NCBI RefSeq assembly: GCF_006345805.1
Contig: NC_043016.1
Location: 682,001 to 746,000, forward strand
Direction of reading: 5' to 3'
DNA: 64,000 nucleotides
DNA from: Octopus sinensis
Taxonomy: Eukaryota
Positions 12,497-25,486 of the stretch are shown here, piece by piece. Below the pieces are notes generated by a model. The model worked only from the letters and a program-made list of their open reading frames with translations, had not been told where the DNA came from and ran no database searches. Numbering within the stretch: position 1 is the first letter of the stretch; every line of letters starts with the position of its first letter. A program made the translations under genes and the position numbers.

Positions 12497-13299
12497 ATTT
12501 TGCCACCGATTTTTTTAAACATTGAAGGTGAACAACCCTTCTAGATTCAGTTATGAGATCCTGGTTTAAAATAAATAATTTATATGAGTGAGGTAGATAA
12601 CATTATGTTCAGCACATAAATGAATAGACTGACAAATTACGAAATTATAAATGAAATTAAAAAACAGGCAGAAATGTTAAAATTGTAAAAATGTTTATTT
12701 TTAAAATTTTATATTTCTTTCTTTATATTTCGTACTTATATTTCATGTATGTTTTGTATGATTTTTATTTTCATTATATTTTATCTTCATTATAATTGCG
12801 TTAATCAATCACAGTTTTTGAAAGGCTTCTACATTTTCATATTTTTAAATTTCTTTTTTAGTGCGAAGCTTGCCAAAAGTTACGATACAAACCGATTTTG
12901 ATCGCGGATGCGCACAGGAGACTTGAACGTAAATGTGCATGAGTGGATGGGGGTATATGCTATATCTATATACGGATGTAAGTACATACGCACATGTTCT
13001 TATATTTCACATAGATTTCATTTCTATTTTATATTATTTTATAATGTTATACTCTAACATATTACATTTTTATAATTATAGTCAGCGTCTCCTATAACAC
13101 AAACATCACAACCGAATATCACTCATCTACCTGCGCATGTCTAGGTATATATGTGTGTGTGTGTGCGTTCGTAGGTGTGTGTGCGTGTAAGTTTGTATAC
13201 ATATGTACATACACACACACACATATGTATATACATATATGAAGATATATATATAATTACACATGCATGTAATTTATTTATATATATATATATATATAT

Positions 13300-14029
13300 A
13301 ACAAAGTGATGTTGTAGGGTACCGCACGAGTGGAATTATGTACGAAAGAAGGTTTGAAAATGCAATTTTAAAGATGTTTATTTACTTTACCGGTTTCACA
13401 CTTTGGAAAAAGATTGTCAAAATAACATGTAAAATTTGGTTGCGTTAATTATTGGTTGTTACAAAATGCCACATTACATATATACAGTCTTTGGTAACAA
13501 GGACATGTTAAGGACATAAAAAAGTTTAACAAGTTCATTAAAATATTGGGCATAAAACTTTATTGAACTTGTTGAACTTTTTTATGTTCTTAACATGCTC
13601 TTGTCACCAAAGAATGTATATATATGTATTGTAGTACTCTGTGACAATCAATATTCTGTGCGTGTTTGAATATACAGATACAATACCAATATCCCACTGA
13701 ACTTTTTAATAATTCCTTCTGGAAACTATCTTTAACATTTTCTTGAGAATGTATATTTATGTTGTAATCTTTTGTGCCCAATATTTTAAGGAACTTGTTA
13801 AACTTCCTTATGTCCTTAACATGTTCTTGTTACCAAAGACTGTCTATATGTAATGTAGCATTTTGTAACAACCAATAATTAACGCAACGAAACTTTTACA
13901 TGTTATTTTTGACAATCTTTTTCCAAAGTGTGAAACCGGTAAAGTAAATAAACATCTTTTAAAATTACATTTTCAAACCTTCTTTCGTATATAATTCCAC
14001 TCGTGCGGTACCCTACAACTCCACTTTGT

Positions 14030-14030
<1 letters not shown>
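13300..14030. mobile_element. Fold-back element: ~260-bp inverted arms in (TA)n, probably PLE-terminus derived
   Basis: 13300-13557 is the reverse complement of 13770-14030. A third partial arm copy lies at 13565-13628. Each arm carries a vestigial HHR (TTGACAA..CTTT TTCC AAAG..GAAA CCGG TA). Confidence 0.85.
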
Positions 14031-14119
<89 letters not shown>

Positions 14120-14120
<1 letters not shown>

Positions 14121-14460
14121 TTTATTGAAAAGCATTAAAATATCACAAAAACTGTTACTCAGAATTTCACGTTCCCGTTCGTCAGACAGTTTTGTTTAGA
14201 ATGGAACAGAAATAAGGTTATAAGCAAACATATACAATTACTTTACTGGATACACATTTGAGAAAGGTCTTGTTCCATTAATCATTCCTATTAGCAGTCT
14301 TTAAAATGACCGGTAGCATGCAACGAACAAATTTCGGTATAGAATCATCTTATCATAAAAAAAAACCTTATAATAGGACAGAGTCTAAATACCCGGGGTA
14401 AATAATTATTTGTAAAATATAAATAAATTATATAAATAATGTTATATCCGTTTAAAAATT
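14120..14460 (-). mobile_element. PLE 3' terminal fragment abutting (TA)n
   Basis: Contains a minimal HHR, and its 3' end (minus strand) runs into (TA)n 14031-14119. Right boundary approximate. Confidence 0.6.
14148..14193 (-). ncRNA. Minimal hammerhead ribozyme
   Basis: AAAACUGU-CUGACGA-ACG GGAA CGU-GAAA-UUCUGAG-UA-ACAGUUUU: 8-bp stem I, full core, 3-bp stem II, near-palindromic stem III. Confidence 0.85.
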
Positions 14461-14892
14461 AAAAACAATTAACATTGGATTACATACACATTTACCAGCA
14501 TATGCATATACTAAGCCATCTATAATATACCTATATACATTAAAACGTACAGAGGCATGTGCATAGCTATATACATATACAGGCAAAACATAGATATATA
14601 TACGCACACATACATTGGCACAAAATCTCCTGGTGTATGCTTATACAAGTAAGTTGTTACAGGCGAAAATAAGAGAAGGTAAACATTAAGTGTGTGCAGG
14701 AGGAAGAGGACAGTGGAGAAGAAGAAAAAGAAAGAGAAACAGAAAAATAGCGAAAGCAAAAGGGGAATAACAGATCGGGACATAGAGTGCTACATAAAGG
14801 CATTTGCAAGAAGCCAACAGGTTTAGATACTTAATGAAATTACATGTATATCCTCATTAATATAGATATACATACAAATATACACATATTAT

Positions 14893-15279
14893 AGGCGGAG
14901 AAGTGACTGTGTGGTAAATAGCTTGCTTACAAACTACATTGTTTCGGGTTCAGTCCACTGCGTGGCATCTTGGGCAAGTGTCTTCTACTATAGCATCGGG
15001 CTGACCAAAGCCTTGTGAGTGGATTTGGTAGAAAGAAGCCCGTCGCATATATGTATGTGTGTGTATATGTTTGTGTGTCTGTGTTTGTCCCCTAACATCG
15101 CTTGACAACCGATGCTGGTGTGTTTACGTCCCCGTCACTTAGCGGTTCGGCAGAAGAGACCGATAGAATAAGTACTATGCTTATAATGAATAAGTCCTGG
15201 GGTCGATTTGCTTGACTAAAGGCGGTGCTCCAGCATGGCCACAGTTAAATGACTGAAACAAGTAAAAGAGTAAAAGAGT
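14893..15279 (+). mobile_element. tRNA-derived SINE, family B (CORE-like motif, internal TA/TG, GTAAAAGA tail)
   Basis: GGGTTCAGTCC B box and CTTGGGCAAGTGTCTT CORE-like block; homologous to 32323-32760 and 47682-47835. Confidence 0.88.
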
Positions 15280-15411
15280 ATACAAACACGTATGCAAATA
15301 TACAAAAATATGTACGCAAATACATGCTCACATAAATAAAAGTATACGCACATATACATACACATCTATGTAAGCATGCACATATATATGTATATATACA
15401 TACAAGTATGC

Positions 15412-15447
<36 letters not shown>

Positions 15448-15479
15448 ACACACTTACTCCCCTTATTCTCCGCTAACCC

Positions 15480-16400
15480 CGAAAGATCTTAAAATATGGG
15501 CCAAAGAAGATTGCCCATACTGCAAATGATTAAAGCAACTCTTTGCACTTCGAACTACATTTTGTCCGGATTCCCTATGGAACTGGAAAAAGTCCGATAC
15601 AAATGGCGTTTCGACAAGGTTATTACTGAAATTTCTAATAGATGAATTAAGGCCAAGAAACAGTGTCAGATATTACCACCTAAAGTAATCCGATACCGAG
15701 GTTGACAAGGCTTCTTAGGTTACAGTATTTATGGAAGGACCCTTTCTCTATTTTGTATCAATCATTAGATTCAGAGATGCAAGGGGAGCTGAAGGCTAGA
15801 CTAATTTTTCCGGACGAGATGGCTGTAACGTCGTTCCCGCCAGAAGTTGGAAGAATTTTCTCTCCCGAAATAGAAACGTCGGGGCTGAACTTACAGTCCT
15901 TAGGAGAGGGACTTGATATTTTCTACCTATCAACAGAAGAACGCCAAATGCCAGATTTATCATGAGTCTATTGTCAAATAATGGTCCACATTCTCATTCT
16001 CCGCTGCCGTAGCTTTGCAGTGTGGTATTTCCCTCATACGGTTCTATTTCCAGGACAAAATTTGTTTTGTGCCCAAACAGCCGGAGAAAGGTAATGATCT
16101 CCCTTGCTTCTTTTAAAAGCAGTCACTTAATTTATAAAATATCCTTCCTCCTAAATTGAACCCAAAGAACTTAAGAAAGTCACAAAGGAGATTGGCAAAG
16201 CAGCTGAAGCCAGCTTAAGTTGGCTATCGTCCACAAGAGACTGCAGATGGAGCACTTCAGTCTTCGTTGACCCCCACGAAAAGCTGAGATATTTGCTAAA
16301 AATAACTTTTCTAACTTTCCAATTGCTTTAACTACCGCCAGGAGGAGACCTGGCGATATCTTTAACTGGCTCCTACAGTTTCTGCGCATTTTCTATAGCA
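15480..16400 (-). mobile_element. Decayed CR1/Jockey-group LINE ORF2 5' fragment (APE + linker)
   Basis: LFLANISAFRG resembles the APE start motif; other similarity is weak and recalled. Confidence 0.35.
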
Positions 16401-16609
16401 TTACCACACTATATATTGCTCTACCCTCATTTAAACTTTCGTTATGTTTCCCTTCTCACTAAAATCTCTGTTCCCTTGACAGTTTAATTCTAAACCATAT
16501 ATTTCACATAAGAGTTGCTCCCTTTACTCCTACTCACTCTCTCTTCTTTAAATCATATATATTTTTTAAAAATCTATATTTTTAACATTGAGTTTTCTTA
16601 AACACTTTA

Positions 16610-16870
16610 TGTATTTCCTCCTCCACCTCCTCATCCACCACCACCTCTCCTCCACCACCTCCTCCCAACCTCTCCTCCTACTCCTTCATCTCCTCCACCA
16701 CCAACACCACCACCACCACATCCTCCTCCCCACCTCCACCACCACCACCAACACCACCCTCCTTCATCGCCCCTCCCCCTTCCTCTTACTCCTTCGTCTC
16801 CTTCATCTTTCGGCTCTCTTCCCATTCTTTCGTTCCCCATCCTCCTCTACTTCCACCTTCTGAGAGCCTC
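16610..16870. repeat. (CCT/CCA)n low-complexity tract
   Basis: Direct reading. Confidence 0.85.
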
Positions 16871-18301
16871 CACTTCCTTTTACTCAATTTCAATAATCAC
16901 GGAATGGCGGTGTTGTCATCCAGCCCAATTATTTCATTCTTATTACTACAATTACGACACTGTAACATCCTCCTACCACAACTACATGGCTATTGGTATG
17001 AAGATATAAAAGCTATAATATACATAATAAAAAACCCTATGGTTATGACAATAACGACGGAAAAGCTATAACTTCGACCAACAACTTTCAAAACACAGTT
17101 ATTTCAACCATAAAGAAGCTGTAACATCCATTACAGTTACCTGTTGGTCATTACAATAATAGTAGCTGTAATACCTATTTCAACTACCATATTATTATTT
17201 CAATAATCACAGAGCGGTTGTATGAGTCACCGAGGGGGAATCTCGCTTCTACTGTGACCACCCCATCTGCTTTACCCATCAGCAATTTATTGTTCACTAT
17301 ACTTTCGTATACATACAAAACAATTGCATATAATTTGAAGGACATTTGACTGCTATTTCTTGTTATCCGTGTCACCATATTGTGTCGTTCTCGTTGTTGA
17401 TGCTGTTGCTCTTTCTGTTGATGTTGTTTTTGCTCGGTGTACAGGTATTTCTATTACTGTCTTACGCAAGATATGTGTATTGCTCTTACTCTCTTATGAT
17501 AAATGAGTATAGCTCGCTTCTCTTATTATTGTATTAGTCTCTTCTCGTTACTGCTTCCAAGGCCATTTGTAAAAAGAAAAATACAAAAAAAAAATTAGAA
17601 GAAAAAAAATAACCATTTACCTTATCGAAGAACGAAGCAAAATTGAAATATCTTCCCCTAGAGCGGATATATATTCAACCAAAATGTCTCCCTGCAGCAA
17701 CTCAATGTGTTGCAAATGGAACGAGACAAGAACATTCAACTAAAATGCAATAGAAATAAATAGTTCCACAGGCAAGACAAGAATGTATGATGGATTACGG
17801 AGCGTGAGTTTATTGAGATCACGATACAAAAATAACAAAGGAAAAGTGGTTCCGAAACGGTGTCTTCTCGAAAAGTTAATTCCGAACAGGAAGACCCGTC
17901 TCATACTGTTATCGTCCAAAAAAAATAAAAAGGAAAAAAAAGGAACTCTAGACCATGAACATTAGAAAGAAGTGTTGCAGCATAACTACGCATCAGTATT
18001 ATATCCAATACACGTCAGCGTTATAAAAGAGGCGTGTTACAAAAGACCAAAGAATTTTACAGAGAGTTTGACAAATGTGAAAAAAATAGAAAAAAAAAGG
18101 AATAAAGACAAACATAAAAGAAACAAAAAAACGATACTAGAGCACAAAATAGCATCAACCAAAATTGAAGAATAATGGAAGGGAATATAAAACTCAAACA
18201 TTCAGCACAATCCAAAGCAATGAATCAGAAGGGAAATATAAAATATAAAATATCACACTAAGCATTACTCGCCATTGTCGGCAAGAAAATCTGCAACATT
18301 G

Positions 18302-18508
18302 TTTTCAAATTTGGCACAAGGCCAGCAATTTCTGGAGAGAGGGTAAGTCGATTACATCAATCCCAGAGCTCAAATGGTCCTTATTTTATCGAACCTGAAT
18401 GGATGAACAACAAAGTCGATCTCAGTGGAATTTAAACTCAGGAAGTGAAGGCGTACGGAATGCCGTAAAGCATTTTGCCCAGCTTTCTAACGATTCTGCC
18501 AGCTCACC
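18302..18508 (-). mobile_element. Family A SINE variant, diverged
   Basis: GGTGAGCTGGCAGAATCGTTAG head and diverged Meta-like core on the minus strand. Confidence 0.8.
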
Positions 18509-19389
18509 AAGAACTGCCTGCAAGTGGAAAGTTCCTGCGATTAACAAAGGTCTCAAATTTCTGAGTGAAATGTCTGATCAGTACCAGTAGATATATGGCA
18601 GAAAGCCAAAATCAATACATATTTAGATGTTGGAATGGAAAACAATATTTATTGCACAACACAAATCTACCATAGCTCTCCCACTCCAAAATAAAAAAAA
18701 ACTATAGGCCTATATCTCATTTACCAATAGCATACGCAGTTCTTACATCCATCTTCTATAACAAGCTGTAACAAAAACAACGAAAACAACAACAAAAACA
18801 ACAACAACAATCACATCAACAACAGCTACAACAATAATGATAATACCAATAAACAATAAATACGGGGTTTAACATGCTAGAACTGTATCCGACTGTTTCT
18901 AAAAATCATTTAACACCAATTAAAAAACAACAAGTCAAAGCTGAAAATGTTACGAAAATGTTTATTACACAATAAATCAATAGTTTACTTACACATTAGA
19001 ATTTTATTGCTTTTTACCTGATATAATTAATGTATTTCAAATGTTTATATTTGCCAGTGATCGGCCACCACATATAAGGAAAGTAACAGAACACAAATCA
19101 TCTATAGCAAATTTTGTCATTCCTCACAAAATTAAATGACAAACATTATATGTAAAAGCCATATCATTTAGTTTTAGTCTAATGTTAAAAGGAGAATGCG
19201 CAGTTTTGAATTTTATGCAAAACGTAGGAGTAAAGGTAACGTTAAACACTCAGCATCATCGAAACAAAGTTACCTGAGAAAATTATAACCTAAATAAGGA
19301 GGGGATTTTATTATTTTTTTATTTATTTATTCCTGAAGTGTTGTAAGTGAAAGAAAACAAGCATTAGTAGACAGAGAGAAAGACATCAA

Positions 19390-22300
19390 GTAAAGGTGGA
19401 AAGAAAAACTGAACGAGAACTGAACTGTATGTAAGTTTTTAGAACACCAACTTCAGGAAAACTAGGGTATGGGGCTGATTAAGGAAAGGGCATTTGAAGT
19501 AATACTCCGCTTATAAAAACGAAGCTATGATAATGTGTTCGTGTAAAATTTAGAGAGAAATTAATCCTGATGTAGAAGTAACAGTAGATCTGAACAAACT
19601 AATTTTGGAAAATACATTCTCAAAACCGAAAAGATATCTGTTATGGAAATAGAATACTTGATAGGAACAAAACATACAAGAAAAAAAGCGCATAAATAAA
19701 AAAACAAAAATGAATGAGAACCAGAGATAAACATTTTGAGAATATAAACCACGCAGAAAGACATAACATATTCAAAACAAAACCAAAGAAAAAAAAAATA
19801 AGCATAACGAAATCAAACAGTGAAACAGAGAATGCTAACCATCAACAAAACTAAACAAGAACAGTACAAAACAGGTCCATAAATGGAAATACAAGAAAGG
19901 TTAAGAATAGAAAATTGTAAAGATGGAAATTACCAATATGACAATAATGAGAATTTTGAGAGTTAAAGAATTAAAAATCACTAATCTCCTATCGCAGATT
20001 TAATGACAACAGATACATACATAAAAGAAGTAATAAATGTTACAGTCATTGCAGATATAAAGTGGAGAGGACATACTTTTAGCTTTACTAATATATCAAT
20101 GTTATAAACTTGTGAACCACGTGGGAAATAAAGATACAGAACAAAAGATATAACATATCGAAATCTTTAACAAGTTCAATTACAAAAAGAGACAGTTAAA
20201 AAAGGGTTAGACAAAAACTACAGAAATTTAACAGAAAAAAAAATTACTCGAAATCAAAGAATGCATGAAAATAGATATTCTAGCTGAATGGCAAGGAACC
20301 CGTTATGAAAACTGACAATGATTCTTTGAATAAAAGAAAAAAAAAACAGCTTGAATCAAACTCCAAACGAATGTTTCTCAAGTACTGGAACTAGAAATAG
20401 ATGCAGCACCAATAGCAACAGAAGCTGAAGAACTCTAGAGATGATTATGGGCAGCGAAAGAATCACTATAGACAAATTCTTCAAAACTGCGAACATAGCA
20501 TCTGTGCAATTGTGGAAGCTCACATCAACTCAAGAATAGCCAAGACATTTCAAAAATCGAAGAACTGGCAGGATTCAGGAAATAATAATATCCTAAATTT
20601 CTGGTTAAAATATTTTAGAACTGCAGATAATAAAGTATTATACTTGCAGAGATGTTTAATGGCATCCTATTAATAAAAGAAGCGGAAATGATACCTGACT
20701 AGTTCACCGAAGGAAGAAAAAAAAAAACTATCTTAATATCCAAGACTAAAGAAATAGCTAATTCTTAAAAATACAAATACATAACCTGCCTCCCTGCAGC
20801 TTACAAAACCTTAAGTGAAATAATATCGTAGAGGATAAATATAAATAGAAAAAAAAGAAAAGAAAACACAAGAAACAATTAATTTCCAGAAGAAAATACG
20901 AGATGCGGCAAAGATTCCTTGGCTGTAAAGATAAATTACAGAAGAAAAAAGTCATAAACGAAGACTACGGAAGGAAAAGGAAGGCTTTTGATAATGGTTT
21001 ACGGGAATGTGTTCGGAAAGCCTTTAACTACTAAGGTAGCACCAATAAAAAGGATAAACATTAAATATGTCATGGATAAATGGAGAAAAAATTCTGCAGA
21101 TTCAAAGAGGGAATTATAACATATAACCCCTTACCATTAAATTGGGTCTTCCCTTCTCAACTTGTTTAACCAAACTGTGAAAACTGATGATACGTGTTTT
21201 CAAATGCTATGGGAAGAAAAATCAACGTTTTTGGTATATGTATGGACGTTACGAATTTACTTGAAGAATTAGCATGAAGTTTTGTTTACAAACATGCACA
21301 AGAATAATCTTGGAGTGTAGAATTTAAATCAGGAACAGTAATATTGTGCTAGCTATAGAATTAATGATAACACAATTCCATCAAACGCCAACTTAAAGCA
21401 TAAGAAACTACACCAAGTAGAATATACTCATGAAAGAAAATACAGAAAGTATATTATCGCTGTGAAATTAGCTAAATGCAAAGAAAAAAATTGCAAGAAT
21501 CAATACGCTAGAGGTACCTGGAATAAGTTATTGTTATAATATTCTCAAATGGGTACTAAATAAGTTAGCAAGACTAGGCAAAAACAATGACTGCACTTAG
21601 AATACATTAGAATACATTAGCATTAATCCACCAAAATCTGATGCCTTCTGATTATATTTGCCACACAGAAGGTGTTATGAGTTCTATGAAGCTGGAAAAC
21701 TAGTATAAAATATCCACTGCAGAGCTAGTAAATATCTAGTAAAGAATGACAGAAAACAGATCTTTTCGGTTTGAACGGCAGTTTTTAACATAATTTATTG
21801 ATAACTAGAAAATTTTAAACTTCGTATACTGGTAGAATGTGTTTATAAAACATCTTTTTCTCTTGGCTTTATTGAGAAAATTTTGTAGTTTGTAAGATAT
21901 TTGTTGGGTTTTTTTCTTCAATTTTTGAAATTTGAACCAATCAATGACGTCTATTGAGGTAAAAAATTCTGTGCCGTATGAATATGTCCCTCGTTTAAGA
22001 AACAGATTTGGTTTATTTACATTTGTGAAGAAAAAACGATACCCTCCCCCCTAACCCTAACCCTAAAAGAGATTGAAATGCAATAGATCGATTCTAGGGT
22101 CATAATTATGGGTGACAATTTCATATTACACCGCTAGAAAAAAACTGCCTTTCAAACCGAAAAGATCCCAGAAAACTAATATAAATAACAACAAAACATA
22201 AACAATACAAACCTGTCCTTGTATTTTATCTGCCAGGGTTACAATAAAGACAAAATGGACGTTGAAATAAAAGTCTGTAGTAAGAAGAAAGATATAACAA

Positions 22301-22900
22301 AAGAAATAATGACTCCTATAAAAAGGTTTAAAATAGTGGTACGGCACACAATATCATGCAAAAGCGATGATAAAGCAACACTTTAGGCGGCTAACATCTG
22401 AAAAACCTAAACTGGTTGCAATAATAACTACTGTATGAAAAATGTGAGACTGAAAGCTGAGATTAAGAGATTGTTGATTAGGGCGCACTGGGTCAAATTC
22501 TCCCCTACCAAAATCCAGCCAAAGAAAGTGATGCAACGGAATACACTAAGTGTAGAATATGTAGAGTTTGGGGTGGGGGTAAGTAAACCCATTGTCTCTT
22601 ACTGACCTGTAACGTATCAGAAATAATACACTTGCAAGTATGACAGATTTGAGGGATTTCATACACTAGAAGATATACCAGCATTATGAAATACAAGTAG
22701 AAAGGAACTAGCGTAAATATACACCAGAAAAGGTCTCTGAGAATAGTAAAATGACAAAATTCTGATGTATGCCAATACATACATGACAATTCAGGCTAAT
22801 CATCTGAATATTGTTGTCAAGGATGACGAAGGAATACAACGCTCCTTGATAGGAGTATCAACACGAACAGATGTCATTGACAGAACAAGGTACTTAACAT
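19390..22900 (+). mobile_element. R4/Dong-like (RLE-type) LINE, heavily decayed, interrupted by a MITE
   Basis: KTILISK..YITCLPAAYKTL (about 20720-20810); MDV..Y and YLG-like RT remnants; LKAEI, KCRICR (about 22550) and IQANHLNIVVKD (PD-(D/E)xK region). Confidence 0.7.
21762..22164. mobile_element. 403-bp MITE with 25-bp TIRs and putative AT TSD
   Basis: CTTTTCGGTTTGAACGGCAGTTTTT and AAAAACTGCCTTTCAAACCGAAAAG (1 mismatch); AT at 21760-21761 and 22165-22166; internal CCCTAACCCTAACCCTAA. Confidence 0.85.
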
Positions 22901-22959
22901 ATATTACACACAATCTTTGTTTTAAAAAAAGAAATAAAGCCAAAACCCAATAGTTCACA

Positions 22960-23990
22960 TATCGAAAGTAGACAAAGCAGTGCCCAGTTGTATAGTGAAA
23001 GCACAATTAAAATGATGATGATGAGGGGAGGAGAAGGAGGAAGGGGAGGAGGGTTTGGACAGAAGAAGAGTTAAAGGAGTTGATCAGGAAGACGAGAAAG
23101 CTCTTAAACATGCATGAAACCTAACATCCACTTGCAGAGTCTGATCGCCTGTACATGAAGACAGCAAATAGAGGAAGAGGACTGATAAGTGTGGAAGGCG
23201 GCGTACACATCGAGGTCAGGAGCTTATTGGGATACAAATCCCAAAAGAAGGAAACCTTGCTAGTGTCAGTCAGGAATGAGGGGGTGTCAGTTAGGAAAGC
23301 AGTGTTATTTAGGAAAGCAGGGTCAGTTGGGAAAGCAGAGGAAAGGGGAAAACAAAAGAAAAAAGTACAAAAAGGACATGAAGAAGCATTATACAACAAG
23401 GGAGTTCACAACCAATTCCATGTAGTCACATCTGAAGTTGCTGGAAAACATAGATGGGATTGACTAAAGGAAGAAACCCTAAAAAATAGACTGAGAGCAC
23501 TATACTGGGGGTGCAAGACGAAGCTTTGGTCATAAATTAGAGAGTCAACGTTAGGAATGAGCAAGTGTCTCCACTGTGCCGCATCTGTAATAGAGTGGAC
23601 GAAACCACAATGAATGCCCTAGACTTGCAGCAAACCATTACAAGTTGTGCCGACACGAAGTAGCGAAAGTGCTACGATGGAACTGTGCGGAAGTGTGGGC
23701 TAGAGAGAGGCAAGACGTGGTATGAGCACAAACCACAGAGAATGGCGCAGTCAGAGACCTGCAATATCTGAGAGATTTGTCAATGCAAATAGATCAGGTG
23801 CAAGAGCTTAACAGACCAGAACAAGTAGTTGTCGGCAAGATGCATCTCCTGTGTTATATAATTGATGTTTAGTACCCATCTGACACACGAATAGTCAAGA
23901 ACAAAGGGGAAAAATAAATATATAGAATCCTCAGGTGTACAAAATAGCTATAGAAAATAAGGAACGTGCCAATTATTAAGACTTTGGGGA
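22960..23990 (+). mobile_element. R4/Dong-like LINE 3' fragment (second copy)
   Basis: RKTRKLLNMH..HP..DRLYMKTANRGRGLISVE, CCHC region and YEHKP motif. Confidence 0.8.
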
Positions 23991-24022
23991 CAATGTAGTC
24001 CCCAATAGAAGTATCGTCCCCA

Positions 24023-24368
24023 AGCAAAAGTAGTGGGGAAAATCATAGCCGTGTGTTGAAAGGAATTCTTAGAGATTTGGATAATTCACCTTTGGAAACA
24101 TGGGTGGTTCGTTCAACATCCTTAAACGATCCTTATTCTGGGACCTTTTGAGCGAGATGGGTTACTCGACCAGAAGAAAATTCTAACTGCGCCCACCTGC
24201 AAGGTCATGCGCTGTTTATTTTGATATGAGATCACCATGTAGCGCACATATGGTTGTGATTCATGTGCCTGGTGTACCCTTATCAGACGGGTAGTCATGA
24301 TAGGTATACTGGGCTTCGTATATTTTGCGCCAGTGTAACTTTTTTGGCATGCACTGCTCTCTCACTCA
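24023..24368 (+). mobile_element. Dispersed repeat, probable LINE 3' UTR or long SINE, 5'-truncated copy
   Basis: Highly similar to the 3' part of 52680-53213; ends GCATGCACTGCTCTCTCACTCA and is followed by a compound triplet tail (24369-24550). Confidence 0.8.
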
Positions 24369-24409
24369 ATGATGATGATGATGATGATGATGATAAAAAT
24401 AATAATAAC

Positions 24410-24492
<83 letters not shown>

Positions 24493-24839
24493 GTAGGAAG
24501 AGGAGGAGGTGGTGGTGGTGATGATAATGATGATGATGATGATGATGATTCAAAAGTTCAACGATGTAAACGTCAGTATATATATATTATCATTTTTCTA
24601 TCAGTAATTATAAAAAGAACAAGGTAAATTGGTTCTTTGCAAGTCCAAATTCAGTGCTCTTATTGATCGCTAGTAGTGGTAAACGCATTTGTCCTCTGCT
24701 GACCGCATAGCTGAGAAGCTTCTTTTGTCTCCTGATCACACAGGAATGCGAAACCCCCGTTGTTAATCTCCTTCTCACCATCTGCCGAACCTATTTACAA
24801 ACCTGTGGGAATTTGGTCTATTCACCGAGCTGCTTCCTT

Positions 24840-25120
24840 TTCTCCTACTACCTACTTCAATCTTCACATATTTATGATTATCACAAGTACAAGACAAAAA
24901 GTGGAAGTAAACAGCATTTAATAATACCACACAGTAGTAGGAGCAAAAATAGCATCTCAAGACGTTAAAATACCAGTGATTGTAGAAGCAACTGAAATGA
25001 GCAGTAAACGAACTGAACATTATTTGAGAATGATCCATGGATTATCATTCGTGCAGGAAGCGCAAGAGATTGTATTAACTGTTACGTCACACATATTGAG
25101 AAGAGCATTGCCGCTGTGAA
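24840..25120 (+). mobile_element. R4/Dong-like LINE extreme 3' end (third copy)
   Basis: VKIPVIVEATEM..YLRMIHGL..QEAQEIVLTVTSHILRRAL* matches the typical C-terminus; T-rich UTR, then (TAA)n at 25370. Confidence 0.65.
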
Positions 25121-25349
25121 TTTCCTTACCTTCTTTTGACATTTATTTTCTTTGTTTACTTTTATATTTTATATCTTCTATATTTTTATATTTTTTATAC
25201 TTTTTTCTTTTTCTCTCTGTGTTTCTTCCTCTTTTTTCTATCACATGGCTGATGTGATTATTTTAATGGTCTGCAAATATATACAGTGCGTATCTCTGCC
25301 CTAGGAGTCGGGAAGGCACTCAACAAGAAAATGAAACAGAATTGAAAGA

Positions 25350-25395
25350 AGATAATAATGAAAGGGAAAATAATAATATAATAATAATAATAATA

Positions 25396-25444
<49 letters not shown>

Positions 25445-25455
25445 TATTATTATTA

Positions 25456-25485
<30 letters not shown>
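25350..25485. repeat. (AAT)n immediately followed by (ATT)n
   Basis: Direct reading; self-complementary. Confidence 0.9.

Positions 25486-25486
<1 letters not shown>

Noticed and set aside
22051-22068. Telomere or interstitial telomeric site
   Set aside because: Only about three CCCTAA units, internal to a MITE.
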